From the NCBI GenBank assembly GCA_013694995.1, contig JACDBH010000004.1, forward strand, positions 60,828-124,827: DNA of 64,000 nucleotides. The letters run 5' to 3'. The notes under the pieces were generated by a model. It ran no database searches. It was not told the DNA's origin and was given only the letters and a program-made list of their open reading frames with translations. Source of the stretch: Candidatus Saccharimonadota bacterium (lineage in GTDB: Bacteria; Patescibacteriota; Saccharimonadia; Saccharimonadales; JACDBH01). Below, piece after piece: positions 1-9,512 of the stretch. Positions within the stretch are counted from its first letter, which is position 1; each line of letters opens with the position of its first letter. The position numbers and the translations under genes were made by a program.

Positions 1-283
1 TTCCAAAGGTTCCAGTCGGCGCACTGCCACCAGTCAAACATGTAAAGGCAAAAGCTGCGGCGCTCATAGCGACGCTTGGGCTGGCAACTGTAACGCGGCT
101 GGCGTCTTTGATGTCTGTAGCCAATGTTCCGGCATTTATTGTCTGGGTAAGATTAGAGTTGCTGGCTGCATCAAGTGCCGGTGGATCTAAAGCCAAAATA
201 ACTGTGGTAGTAGCAATAAAAATAGCCGCGGCTATCAACCGCCATTGGCGAAACAACTGAAAAATCTGTTTATTTTTGTTCAT
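1..283 (-). CDS. Secreted/surface protein, N-terminal part only (runs off the window start); WxL-like family possible
   Basis: Own translation from ATG at 283: MNKNKQIFQLFRQWRLIAAAIFIATTTVILALDPPALDAASNSNLTQTINAGTLATDI..., a signal-peptide-like start followed by an open frame to position 1. Confidence 0.65.
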   Translation of the reverse strand, partial: MNKNKQIFQLFRQWRLIAAAIFIATTTVILALDPPALDAASNSNLTQTINAGTLATDIKDASRVTVASPSVAMSAAAFAFTCLTGGSAPTGTFG

Positions 284-487
284 TTTGTTTTGAATGTTTT
301 TTTTGGTAGAACTCTGGTAGAAAATGTAACACACTTATGTTTTCAAGTGCAACCTTTTTTACCCAAGAAAAACAGATAGTTATGCACTGTTTTTTAAACC
401 GATATATCAAGTATGAGAGCAGAACTGGTATTTAACATCGGTGGAACCATAGAATTATCAATCGGTTGTATGTTACCCTGTACAGGC

Positions 488-1300
488 ATGAAACTACTTA
501 ATGGCTCGGAACTAGCTGGATTTATCAAAGCTCGGCAGGCTCAGCAAGTGCGGACACTGCGCCACTCTCACAATATAAATCCCAAATTGTCAATAATTGT
601 TACCATTGACCATCCAGTGATTGATGTTTATGTCCGGCTTAAGAAACAATACGGCAGCGAAATACAGGTAGACGTTGATGTCTACAAAGTAGATCAAGCT
701 GAAGTTCCGGAACTACTAGGGCGACTCAATAGCGACAACACGGTGCACGGCATAATTACCCAGCTGCCTTTAAAAGACCCCTCTAAAACCGATGAAATAG
801 TGAACATGGTTGTTGCTAGTAAAGATGTCGATGCTTTAGGGTCTGATGCAGACTTTGATCCGGCGACGCCGATGGCGATAATGTGGTTGCTTGCCGGTTA
901 CAATGTGGAGCTACGCGGCAAACATATCTTGCTGATTGGACGGGGCAAACTAGTGGGTGTACCACTTGAAAAGTTACTAAAAAACTCAGGCCTCGAAGTG
1001 GTTGTTGCTGACCGGAGCACACCGGACCTAAAAACCGAAGCCTTAAGGGCGGATATTATCATAACCGCTGCCGGCAGTCCGGCAATCCTGTTCTCTAATA
1101 TGGTAAAACAGGGAGCGGTTGTTGTTGATGCCGGGGTTGCAAGTGAAGATGGCAAAACAGTCGGTGATGTCGCACCAGAACTCTATGAGCGTGATGATTT
1201 GACGCTAACGCCGGCCAAAGGAGGGGTTGGACCACTGACCGTCTGCGCGCTTTTCGATAATGTAATTCGTGCTGCCCGTCAGAATGCAGGGGAAGTATGA
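488..1300 (+). CDS. folD: Bifunctional methylenetetrahydrofolate dehydrogenase/cyclohydrolase
   Basis: Motifs VHGIITQLPL, KDVD, GRGKLVG, DAG, TPAKGGVGPLTV; probable start MKLLNG at 488 rather than 413. Confidence 0.93.
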   Translation: MKLLNGSELAGFIKARQAQQVRTLRHSHNINPKLSIIVTIDHPVIDVYVRLKKQYGSEIQVDVDVYKVDQAEVPELLGRLNSDNTVHGIITQLPLKDPSKTDEIVNMVVASKDVDALGSDADFDPATPMAIMWLLAGYNVELRGKHILLIGRGKLVGVPLEKLLKNSGLEVVVADRSTPDLKTEALRADIIITAAGSPAILFSNMVKQGAVVVDAGVASEDGKTVGDVAPELYERDDLTLTPAKGGVGPLTVCALFDNVIRAARQNAGEV

Positions 1301-1944
1301 AAATCGGGGTGTTTGACTCCGGAGTAGGGGGCCTATCAGTTGCCGGGGCAATTCAGAAAGCCTTGCCTGAACATGAAATAGTTCTTCGGGAGGATAAGGC
1401 GAATCTTCCGTATGGGACAAAATCGCCTGAACAACTTCTCGTTTTAGTAATGCCGATCATGCAAGGGATGGCAGCAGAAGGCTGCAAGGTTATTGTCGTA
1501 GCTTGCAATACCGTTACGACCAGCATTATCGAAGAACTCCGCACGCATGTAGCCGTGCCATTACTGGGCATGGAACCTATGGTTCAACCGGCTTCCATGC
1601 TGACGAAAACGGGTACGATTGCCGTCTTTGCCACGCCTACAACTTTACGCAGCACACGTTATAATTGGCTTAAAAGTATTTATTGCGAAAACATCGCAGT
1701 TATTGAACCCGATTGTAGCACTTGGTCTAAAATGGTAGAGGACGCTGTAGTTGATAGAAAACAGATAGAGAAGAATGTCCAGGAAGCTTTAGACAGCAAT
1801 GCTGATGTCATTGTGCTTGGGTGCACGCACTATCACTGGATTGAGGACCTAATAAAGGAAATAGCAAATAATAAAGCTGAAGTTATCCAACCGGAGCAAC
1901 CAGTGATAGCAGAACTTAAACGAGTGCTTGCACAGCTAAGTTAA
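1297..1944 (+). CDS. murI: Glutamate racemase
   Basis: IGVFDSGVGGLSV, PYGTKS, VACNT, LGCTHY. Confidence 0.96.
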   Translation: MKIGVFDSGVGGLSVAGAIQKALPEHEIVLREDKANLPYGTKSPEQLLVLVMPIMQGMAAEGCKVIVVACNTVTTSIIEELRTHVAVPLLGMEPMVQPASMLTKTGTIAVFATPTTLRSTRYNWLKSIYCENIAVIEPDCSTWSKMVEDAVVDRKQIEKNVQEALDSNADVIVLGCTHYHWIEDLIKEIANNKAEVIQPEQPVIAELKRVLAQLS

Positions 1945-3244
1945 ACTGGTCACCGCGGTCTTTGTAATCTTTAAACATATCGAAACTGGCACAGCCGGTT
2001 GAAAGTAAAACTACATCACCAGGTTCAGAAAGGGCTTGTGCTTTATGAACGATTTTAGCCATTGAATCCAGATTATTGGTTGTTATAGGGGTAAGGCCTT
2101 TTTGGCGTATTAAATCTGAAATAACTGGACCCATCTGTCCGATAGCAAGTATATGTTTCACATTCGAATCAGCAATTATAGCGGCCAAATCATCGAACAC
2201 TATACCCTTATCGCTGCCGCCTACTATAACTATCTTGGGCTGCTCAAATGCTTGAATAGCCGCAATGGCAGTCTCGGGCGTAGTCGAAAACGAATCATTA
2301 TAATATTTTACATCGTTTAATTCACGGATTAACTCCATACGGTATGGAAGTCCGGCAAAACTACTAACGACAGAACGTATAGCCTTAATATTCCCGTCAA
2401 TTACATTCCAGGTAGCTGCTATGGCAGCGCAAACATTCTCCAAGTTATGCCTACCAAGCAGTTTGACTTCACTAGTCTTACAGATTTCCATCGCCCTGTA
2501 ATAGATTGTGTCGCCGTCAACATAAGCTGTAGATTGCTTAGTGGGATGAGTGCCAGCTGCCGGAACCTCATAAGAAAGCTTAGTCGCAGCAAGAGAGGCA
2601 GCCACTATTTCCTTACTTGAACTGCTCAGTGCATTAAATATTGCGAAATCGTCGCTATTTTGATATCTAAACATATTAGCTTTAGCTTGCTTGTAGTCCT
2701 CGTAATCGCTGTGCCAATTCAGGTGTTCTGGCACTACCATGAGACAGACGGTAATATGCGGAGAATGCTTTAAGTCGTAAAGCTGGAAACTGGATAACTC
2801 CAGCACTACAACATCATATGATTTAGATTCTTCTAGTATATCTAGTGCAGGTACACCTATATTGCCCGCAAGCAATGATTTTTTACCCGATGTCTCCAAA
2901 AACCTATGGATTAATGTACTAGTTGTACCTTTGCCCTTAGTGCCCGTGACACCAATTACCGGAGTCGAGCAGTTTTCGAAAAACAAATTAATGGCAGTCG
3001 TAATCCTGTCTTTCACAATAGGATTTTTTTCAAGGATAACTTTTGGATGCATGCCTACCGTTCGTACAATCAAATCAAAACCATCTAAATTATTGAGATA
3101 ATCTACTCCAAGCTGCGTATTCACCCCTTCGGGTACAGATACTGACTTATTTTCATCGCAGATAGTGATATCAGCTTTCTGATCAACGAAAAAACGGTAA
3201 ACAGCTTGGTTTTCCACCCCGTAGCCGACAATTGCAACCTTCAT
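1916..3244 (-). CDS. murD: UDP-N-acetylmuramoyl-L-alanine--D-glutamate ligase
   Basis: GVTGTKGKGTT, LAGNIG, LELSSFQL, YYNDS, LLSTGCASFDMFKDYKDRG. Confidence 0.96.
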   Translation of the reverse strand: MKVAIVGYGVENQAVYRFFVDQKADITICDENKSVSVPEGVNTQLGVDYLNNLDGFDLIVRTVGMHPKVILEKNPIVKDRITTAINLFFENCSTPVIGVTGTKGKGTTSTLIHRFLETSGKKSLLAGNIGVPALDILEESKSYDVVVLELSSFQLYDLKHSPHITVCLMVVPEHLNWHSDYEDYKQAKANMFRYQNSDDFAIFNALSSSSKEIVAASLAATKLSYEVPAAGTHPTKQSTAYVDGDTIYYRAMEICKTSEVKLLGRHNLENVCAAIAATWNVIDGNIKAIRSVVSSFAGLPYRMELIRELNDVKYYNDSFSTTPETAIAAIQAFEQPKIVIVGGSDKGIVFDDLAAIIADSNVKHILAIGQMGPVISDLIRQKGLTPITTNNLDSMAKIVHKAQALSEPGDVVLLSTGCASFDMFKDYKDRGDQFNLAVQALV

Positions 3245-3245
3245 G

Positions 3246-3617
3246 CTACAAGGATAGCTGTTTTTTGACTAATTCCGCAACTTGTCGTGGAGTCATATCG
3301 GCCTTAACTATAAAAGCGCTGACAGAGAGTGTCTTAATTATTTCGGGTGCTTCTTGCTCGCCCATGTTAGTCAGAATTATGACTTTGAGGTTTTTGCCCC
3401 AATCTTTTTTGCGTAGTTCGGTAAGCATCACGTCGCCGTTCATCTGGGGCATCATGAGATCTAAAAGCACAATATCAGGTCGTATATTTTCTATCAGTTC
3501 CAAGCCGGTTAAGCCGTTATCAGCTGTTTCGACTATAAAACCTTCGGCTTCGAATTTAATACGATACATCTGTGAGATCGCAACATCGTCTTCAATAATC
3601 GCAATTTTTGTCGCCAT
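3246..3617 (-). CDS. Single-domain response regulator (receiver only)
   Basis: IAIIEDD, PDIVLLDLMMPQMNG, IILTN, FIVKA; probable start MATKIA at 3617. Confidence 0.9.
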   Translation of the reverse strand: MATKIAIIEDDVAISQMYRIKFEAEGFIVETADNGLTGLELIENIRPDIVLLDLMMPQMNGDVMLTELRKKDWGKNLKVIILTNMGEQEAPEIIKTLSVSAFIVKADMTPRQVAELVKKQLSL

Positions 3618-3694
3618 AATATTAAAATTATACATGTGAGCCAATGTATTTATACTATTTACAAAAATGAAAAAAAGTGTATAATAAAATAATA

Positions 3695-4675
3695 ATGCCA
3701 GACCTTGGAACCGACAACTTTTCACATAATGAGTTATACTCTTCCTCTATTTCTAATTTCGTTAATCTAGAATCAGATCAAACTGAAGACTTGAATTGTG
3801 AAGAGATAACTAGGGCAGAAGTTTTATCAAAAGGTTTACTGGGCCGAGTCGGTGAAGACATGGCCACACTTTATAACGAAGGTACAGAAAAAGGACACCG
3901 TCTAAAGAGAATAAGCGCTTTTATGCTGGGAGCGGGTACACAGGGAATTGATAGGCTGCGTGGAGTCGTCATTGTATTACCTGCAGTTTTTGACGAAACT
4001 CTCGAATATGCTTACAACCATGCATATAACGGCTATGAAACGGCTGGCATATCCGGAGCGGCTGTAGGTGCAACCTTTGGAGCATGGAGTTGGGCCGTTG
4101 GTAAGTCATTTCACACATCAATAAATGCTTTTCCTGCCACTACAAAAAAAGTAACCGAAAACCACCCCCTTATGGTTGACGTTATAAAAGGTGCCGTTGG
4201 CGGATTTATGAGTGATGAGAAGTTAAAGACTAAGGATACGGGCCACACCGAGAACGATTACGAAGTTGGCCCATATGAAGCGCGTAGCAGCAAGCTGGGG
4301 AAGGCAGTGCTTGCTATAAGCCGAGGCTATAGAGCGGCGCTGCTCTACGGCACGACCGCATATGTAGGGGTAGCAAAAACCAAAGGATATTCCGATGAAT
4401 CGATTGAAAAATTGCGCCGTACAGTGACAACTGAATCGGCGGTGGCAATGGGTGGCATTGCTGTCGGTGTGAGCGCAGCAGTTACTAATAATTTCTTTGG
4501 GGTAGCAGAGAATATACGTGACACTCTAACTAACAAGCCTTTTTGGCTATTAGTTAGTGGTGCTTTAATAGGTATATCGACAGCGGGAAACTGGATATCA
4601 AGAAAAAATAAGCAAAAAGCACTGAATCTACAACAGGATGAGCAAATAGTAACAGAGAGTGCAATCACAGAATAA
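3695..4675 (+). CDS. Hypothetical membrane protein
   Basis: Long ORF with several Gly/Ala-rich hydrophobic helices; TATAAT at 3680-3685 favours the ATG at 3695. Confidence 0.7.
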   Translation: MPDLGTDNFSHNELYSSSISNFVNLESDQTEDLNCEEITRAEVLSKGLLGRVGEDMATLYNEGTEKGHRLKRISAFMLGAGTQGIDRLRGVVIVLPAVFDETLEYAYNHAYNGYETAGISGAAVGATFGAWSWAVGKSFHTSINAFPATTKKVTENHPLMVDVIKGAVGGFMSDEKLKTKDTGHTENDYEVGPYEARSSKLGKAVLAISRGYRAALLYGTTAYVGVAKTKGYSDESIEKLRRTVTTESAVAMGGIAVGVSAAVTNNFFGVAENIRDTLTNKPFWLLVSGALIGISTAGNWISRKNKQKALNLQQDEQIVTESAITE

Positions 4676-4676
4676 A

Positions 4677-5048
4677 CTAAGTAAGAAGGCCATGAACTAT
4701 AGACGCGAGTTGCGTAGGGGTTGTGTGGGCCTTAAGCACGTAAGATTCTATGCGCATAAAGCGTAGTTCGTGAGGAGCCTCGGCTTTATTGACATTTGTA
4801 AGTACGACGATTGGCAAATGAGCAAACTTCTGCTCAGCCCTAAGTTTACTTATCAAAGCAACACCATCCATTACAGGCATAAAAAGGTCTACTAATATAA
4901 GATCTGGGGTAAGTTTGTAGCATTCATTTAGGCCTTCCTGGCCATTTTCGGCCGTTCTTACATCAAACCCTTTGGCACGCAATTTAAATGCATACAGGTA
5001 TAAAATGTCCTTGTCATCTTCTACGATTAATATATTTTTATTTTTCAT
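4677..5048 (-). CDS. Single-domain response regulator (receiver only)
   Basis: ILIVEDD, PDLILVDLFMPVMDG, VVLTN, YVLKA. Confidence 0.9.
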   Translation of the reverse strand: MKNKNILIVEDDKDILYLYAFKLRAKGFDVRTAENGQEGLNECYKLTPDLILVDLFMPVMDGVALISKLRAEQKFAHLPIVVLTNVNKAEAPHELRFMRIESYVLKAHTTPTQLASIVHGLLT

Positions 5049-5211
5049 AAACGTGTTGACGTAGCTGTAACCTCTATACTACACTATTATTGTTATTGCA
5101 CTTTAGCTTATTAATAAACTCTTTCATGGGGCAGAAGTCATCGTGGAAGAGTTTTATTTTTATAAAAAGTACTTGATAAATAAACAAATAAATGTTATTA
5201 TAAAATAATCA

Positions 5212-6072
5212 ATGACAATGCAAGCGTTCAATTATAGTGAAAGTGATTCCAGGTACATTTCCGATCTGCTTATTAGTGGTGTCGATGGCCGTTATAATCT
5301 ATCTATAGATAATATGCTAGAACTTGAAAGTGATTTAATTGGTCGCTTTAAAGAAATTTTGCCAGAGCAAAAAGGTGTCGTTGTATTTTCAATAGGTCCC
5401 GAAAGCCAGTATGCTGATTTTGCACGTACTTCTGAGACCTTGGCTTTTCCGGGGTATGACTCTGCCGTTGCAATGGAGGCGCATGAAGATCGTTCAAGGT
5501 TTATTTATACTGTTAATCTTGATGAGAAGAAGATAGCCCATGCTAAGAGACTTGTAATTGCCCATAAGTACTCTCCTTTTTTGGTGGAAGCTCTAGGTAC
5601 TGGGATTGAAACAATTGATGATCGTTTAAGCAGCACAATAGGCCAGGAAGCGGGTACGCTTAGCCAAATCGCAGGGCAGCATGGTATAAAAGATTTTTCT
5701 AAATGTATGAACGTAACCTCTAATATAACTGTACCTGGGATGAACTCATCGATCAGAAATCCTTATACACTTATAAGCTATAAGGCGGTTTTTGAGATCG
5801 GTAATCAAAATAATATCACTCATCTCTTCGCATATCTCAATCAAGAAGCGACCCAATCACTGGGTAAACTGGGTGTAAGATTTGAGCCTTTAGCCGGCCA
5901 GGAGTTTCATTTGCCGAATCCGACTAAGAATGGTGAATATGATGAACACTACATCGCTGTTTGTCTACCTTACGACAAAGGGAATACTGAAGCTTTCACA
6001 TCTATTAATCCAGAGTTTCCATTACGAAAACTAATTGCGAATCGTGAAGTTCCTATTTTTGAAGTAGATTAG
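5212..6072 (+). CDS. Hypothetical protein; possible GNAT-fold acyltransferase (LuxI/FeeM N-acyl synthase-like)
   Basis: Segments FARTSETLAF..HEDRSRFIYTVNL..IAHAKRLVI and YKAVFEIG..ITHLFAYLN..LGKLGVRFEPL follow the autoinducer-synthase/FeeM pattern by eye. Confidence 0.5.
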   Translation: MTMQAFNYSESDSRYISDLLISGVDGRYNLSIDNMLELESDLIGRFKEILPEQKGVVVFSIGPESQYADFARTSETLAFPGYDSAVAMEAHEDRSRFIYTVNLDEKKIAHAKRLVIAHKYSPFLVEALGTGIETIDDRLSSTIGQEAGTLSQIAGQHGIKDFSKCMNVTSNITVPGMNSSIRNPYTLISYKAVFEIGNQNNITHLFAYLNQEATQSLGKLGVRFEPLAGQEFHLPNPTKNGEYDEHYIAVCLPYDKGNTEAFTSINPEFPLRKLIANREVPIFEVD

Positions 6073-6131
6073 CACTGACTAATTATCAGTTGCCTTTGCC
6101 CAAGAAGCATAAGAAGTTTACAATCTAGTTT

Positions 6132-8309
6132 ATGAAGTATGCTGCACTGCTAATTCTTGCATTCCTGCAGGTCTTGTTAAGCATTACATTAAGTTATAAA
6201 AAACAATCCCGCACAAGTAGATGGTTTACTATTTTTACTATTACTCTAGGCGTTTGGACATTTTTTAACGTTTTATTGGACTATAACCAATATCAGGCTA
6301 GGAGCAGCGTCGAGCTACTTAGTTTATTAAATAATCTAGGATTCTTTACTGGCTCACTAGCTTTATTATGTGTTTACAGACTTACACTTATCTTTCCATT
6401 AGTTAGGAAACCCGATAAACAATCAAAGCTAATTACATTTGTAGGTTTACTACTACCCTTTGTAACACTAAATAGTGCCGTATCGGGTTCGTTTTCTTAC
6501 GACTCACCAGGCCAAACAGCAACTTATATATATGGAAAATACGTTTTTATAGTGGGACTATTTTCACTGATTGTTGTAGGCTTATGTTTAATAAATGTTT
6601 TCAGGGTTTATAAAAGAAGTGTCGATCTAAATACCAAACGACAAGCCACCACGTTATTTACGGGCATGCTAGCAACAGTGATATTTGCTATCATTTTTAT
6701 AACAATTATTCCTGCTCTAATTCCATCACAAGAGCAGTTGGTATTTATTGGTTACTTTGCACCATATATTTTTACGGGAGTTTTACTCTATAGTATATTC
6801 CGCCAAAGGTTTTTAAACTTTAGATCGATTGTCGCTCGTTCAGTCGCCTATATATCGTCATTAGGTATAATGAGCGCTTTATATGTATTTGTCGTTTTTT
6901 ATCTGATAAACAAAGTGTTCTTTCATGACGATCCAGTAAGTTTAAGACAGGGATTTGCTTTTGTACTAGTTGCAATGTTTCTGGCTCTTACTTTTTCCAA
7001 AATTCAGAAATTCTTTGATAAAGTTTCTAACAAATTATTTTTCCGAGATGCTTATGATTCTCAAGTTTTCATAGATAAACTAAATAGTATACTGGTCGGA
7101 ACAATTGACGTTGGAGCAATCGGTAAAAAATCAGCAGAACTGATAGAGAATACTCTTCAGGCCAGTTTTGTTCAGTTTTTATTAGCAGAAAAGGAAGGGG
7201 TAGTACATCGTTATATTGGCTCAAGTAAGAATTCCCTAGATAATGACATCAAGAGCGTTGTGATTGAAAATTTTAATTCTTCAAATATTAAGGTGAGTCT
7301 CATAGAAGAAGCTGCGCTTAATAATAAAAAGCTGTATACCCTACTTGATAAGAATGATATATCGGTAATTGTAAAACTAGTAACTAGGCAGCAGAAAATT
7401 GGGTTTTTATTGTTAGGTGGTAAAAAAAGCGGAAACGGATATAATGCTCAAGATTTACAGTTGTTTGGCATTATTGCTGATCAACTAGCTATAGCAATAC
7501 AAAATGCTTTGAGGTTTGAAGAGATTGCAACATTTAACATTACACTGCAACAAAAAGTCACGGATGCAACGAAAGAGTTACGTAAGACGAACGAGAAGCT
7601 GAAGGCTCTCGATGAAGCCAAGGACGAATTCATTAGCATGGCTTCGCACCAGCTACGGACGCCGCTGACGAGCGTTAAGGGCTATGTGAGCATGGTGCTC
7701 GAGGGCGATGCGGGTAAGCTTAACGAACAGCAGGAGAAGTTACTCAACCAGGCGTTTACAAGTTCGCAGCGTATGGTCTATTTAATAGCTGATCTTTTGA
7801 ATGTGTCGCGGCTGAGAACAGGCAAATTCGTAATCGAAGCCAAGCCGACGGACTTGCCGGAAGTCATAGAAGGCGAGATACAACAACTGAAAGAGACTGC
7901 CAAGGCCCGTGGACTTGAACTGACTTATAGTAAACCATCGTCATTCCCAATGCTCAAACTTGACGAAACTAAGATCCGTCAGGTAGTTATGAACTTTGTA
8001 GATAACGCCATTTATTACACCCCAACTGGCGGTCATATTGCAGTTAACCTTACGCATACCGATAAATCCGTTGAGTTTACCGTAGTTGATAACGGACTTG
8101 GCGTGCCTAAAGACGAACAGCATCATCTATTCAGTAAGTTTTACCGAGCCGATAATGCCAAGAAGGCCCGGCCGGACGGCACGGGGCTGGGGCTTTTTAT
8201 GGCACGCAAAGTCGTTATAGCCCAAGGCGGTGCAATTATCTTTGAGAGTCAAGAAGGCAAGGGCAGTACCTTTGGCTTTACATTTCCAAGGCATGGGCTT
8301 GAGGCATAA
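6132..8309 (+). CDS. Membrane sensor histidine kinase (multi-TM N-terminus, GAF-like, HisKA, HATPase)
   Basis: About 9 hydrophobic helices; GAF-like LLLGGKKSGNGYNAQDLQLF..QLAIAIQNA; H box SMASHQLRTPLT; N box NFVDNAIYYT; G boxes DNGLG and GTGLGL. Confidence 0.93.
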   Translation: MKYAALLILAFLQVLLSITLSYKKQSRTSRWFTIFTITLGVWTFFNVLLDYNQYQARSSVELLSLLNNLGFFTGSLALLCVYRLTLIFPLVRKPDKQSKLITFVGLLLPFVTLNSAVSGSFSYDSPGQTATYIYGKYVFIVGLFSLIVVGLCLINVFRVYKRSVDLNTKRQATTLFTGMLATVIFAIIFITIIPALIPSQEQLVFIGYFAPYIFTGVLLYSIFRQRFLNFRSIVARSVAYISSLGIMSALYVFVVFYLINKVFFHDDPVSLRQGFAFVLVAMFLALTFSKIQKFFDKVSNKLFFRDAYDSQVFIDKLNSILVGTIDVGAIGKKSAELIENTLQASFVQFLLAEKEGVVHRYIGSSKNSLDNDIKSVVIENFNSSNIKVSLIEEAALNNKKLYTLLDKNDISVIVKLVTRQQKIGFLLLGGKKSGNGYNAQDLQLFGIIADQLAIAIQNALRFEEIATFNITLQQKVTDATKELRKTNEKLKALDEAKDEFISMASHQLRTPLTSVKGYVSMVLEGDAGKLNEQQEKLLNQAFTSSQRMVYLIADLLNVSRLRTGKFVIEAKPTDLPEVIEGEIQQLKETAKARGLELTYSKPSSFPMLKLDETKIRQVVMNFVDNAIYYTPTGGHIAVNLTHTDKSVEFTVVDNGLGVPKDEQHHLFSKFYRADNAKKARPDGTGLGLFMARKVVIAQGGAIIFESQEGKGSTFGFTFPRHGLEA

Positions 8310-8359
8310 AAATCTATCAAAAGAACTTGCAAACGTAAGCACAATTAGTGCATAATATA

Positions 8360-8388
8360 TTGACTTTAATCCCCTGTTGTGGTAGAAT
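8360..8388 (+). promoter_or_regulatory. Sigma70-type promoter with extended -10
   Basis: TTGACT (8360-8365), 17-nt spacer ending in TGG, TAGAAT (8383-8388). Confidence 0.75.
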
Positions 8389-8394
8389 AGGTAC

Positions 8395-8986
8395 ATCATC
8401 CTCCTGAGGTGGGAAATCCTTTAGGGCGAGAGGTGCGAACGGAGACAATGAGAGGCAACAGTCAGGCGCCATCAAAAGGCGTTCTTTGTGCTGTTTAAGA
8501 CCATATACTTGCAAAGCTCCTATTAACAAGTCGAATCATTACAGTTCATTATTTGTTCTTGGAACTGTATCAGTGCAGATTAATATTCCCATCTGTTAGC
8601 TAGCCATCTAATGCTAGCTAAAGCGGAGCAATTAGTTTCCGGTATGCTCTTATCATTACCAGCAGTACCAGCTAGCGCTCCACGGTAGTACGGGAGTAGT
8701 AATCTGCACCTGATGCAGCGTCGTAGTCCAATATTTTAGGCAGTAATGCCTGGGATACGGATTCCGCTTTCCAAGGCAGAATATGACTACACAAATTCTA
8801 TATATTTCAACACTATATTTTCTTCTTTTCTTATGTGGAATGGAATAGCATCATGCTGACAATTATTTGCCGGTATTGTGCTGTTCCAGTCCCGTGAGGG
8901 GTAACACTGTAACATGCCGCTTGTTCGCGTTTGCGATCAAGTGTCAGACCACAAACCCCTCACACGAGGGAAGGAGAGTTAGTACC
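8395..8986 (+). ncRNA. Unassigned highly structured RNA / long 5' leader
   Basis: Consecutive stems with G-U pairs on the + strand, e.g. 8565-8590 with 8692-8718, 8723-8728 with 8785-8790, 8841-8851 with 8878-8888, 8894-8901 with 8956-8963; no convincing ORF. Confidence 0.55.
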
Positions 8987-9475
8987 ATGACAACCCCACA
9001 GTCCCGGATCCCTACGATTGCAGGCCAGCTGCGCGAAGAAGGCAAGCGAATGAAGCAGGCCAGCAAGCAGCGCGCTCAAATGCTTCGTGAATTGGACGAG
9101 GAGGAGGAGAGCATCATGCTCGCCACCGCGGCCATCATGCAGGAGCAGGAGGACAAGCGGCGGGAGATGCAGCAACAGCAGGCACGGCACGAAGAAGTGT
9201 TCGGCCGAGTGCGACAGCTGCGGACCCCCGCAACCCCGACGCCAACGCTGGCGGCTCAGCCTGACCCCGTCCCCGTGATGGTCGTCGAGCAGACGCCGCC
9301 CAACCAGCCCGCTCCCGCACCCGCGGCAGCGACGAGCCCAACACCAGCAACCGCTGACGCCACCACGGTCGTTCCGGCACAACCGGCAACGTCCCCGACG
9401 AGCACGTCCACATCCAAGGCCCCTCTGAGCAAGCGCATCGGCGCCAAACTCAAGGACATTTGGAGAGAAGACTGA
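8987..9475 (+). CDS. GC-rich hypothetical protein (coiled coil, P/T/A-rich linker, basic amphipathic C-terminus)
   Basis: AAGGAG SD at 8971-8976 before ATG 8987; strong GC3 bias in this frame. Confidence 0.75.
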   Translation: MTTPQSRIPTIAGQLREEGKRMKQASKQRAQMLRELDEEEESIMLATAAIMQEQEDKRREMQQQQARHEEVFGRVRQLRTPATPTPTLAAQPDPVPVMVVEQTPPNQPAPAPAAATSPTPATADATTVVPAQPATSPTSTSTSKAPLSKRIGAKLKDIWRED

Positions 9476-9512
9476 ATAAGCCCACCACCAAAAGAAAAGG
9501 AGGTGATCCAGT

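Noticed and set aside
8428-8470. Lysine or c-di-GMP-II riboswitch, hammerhead ribozyme or RNase P RNA
   Set aside because: Only short word matches (AGAGGTGCGAAC, GGAGACAATGA); the remaining conserved cores could not be found.
8867-8986. N-terminal extension of the ORF from TTG 8867
   Set aside because: It lies in the structured leader, and a clear SD precedes ATG 8987.
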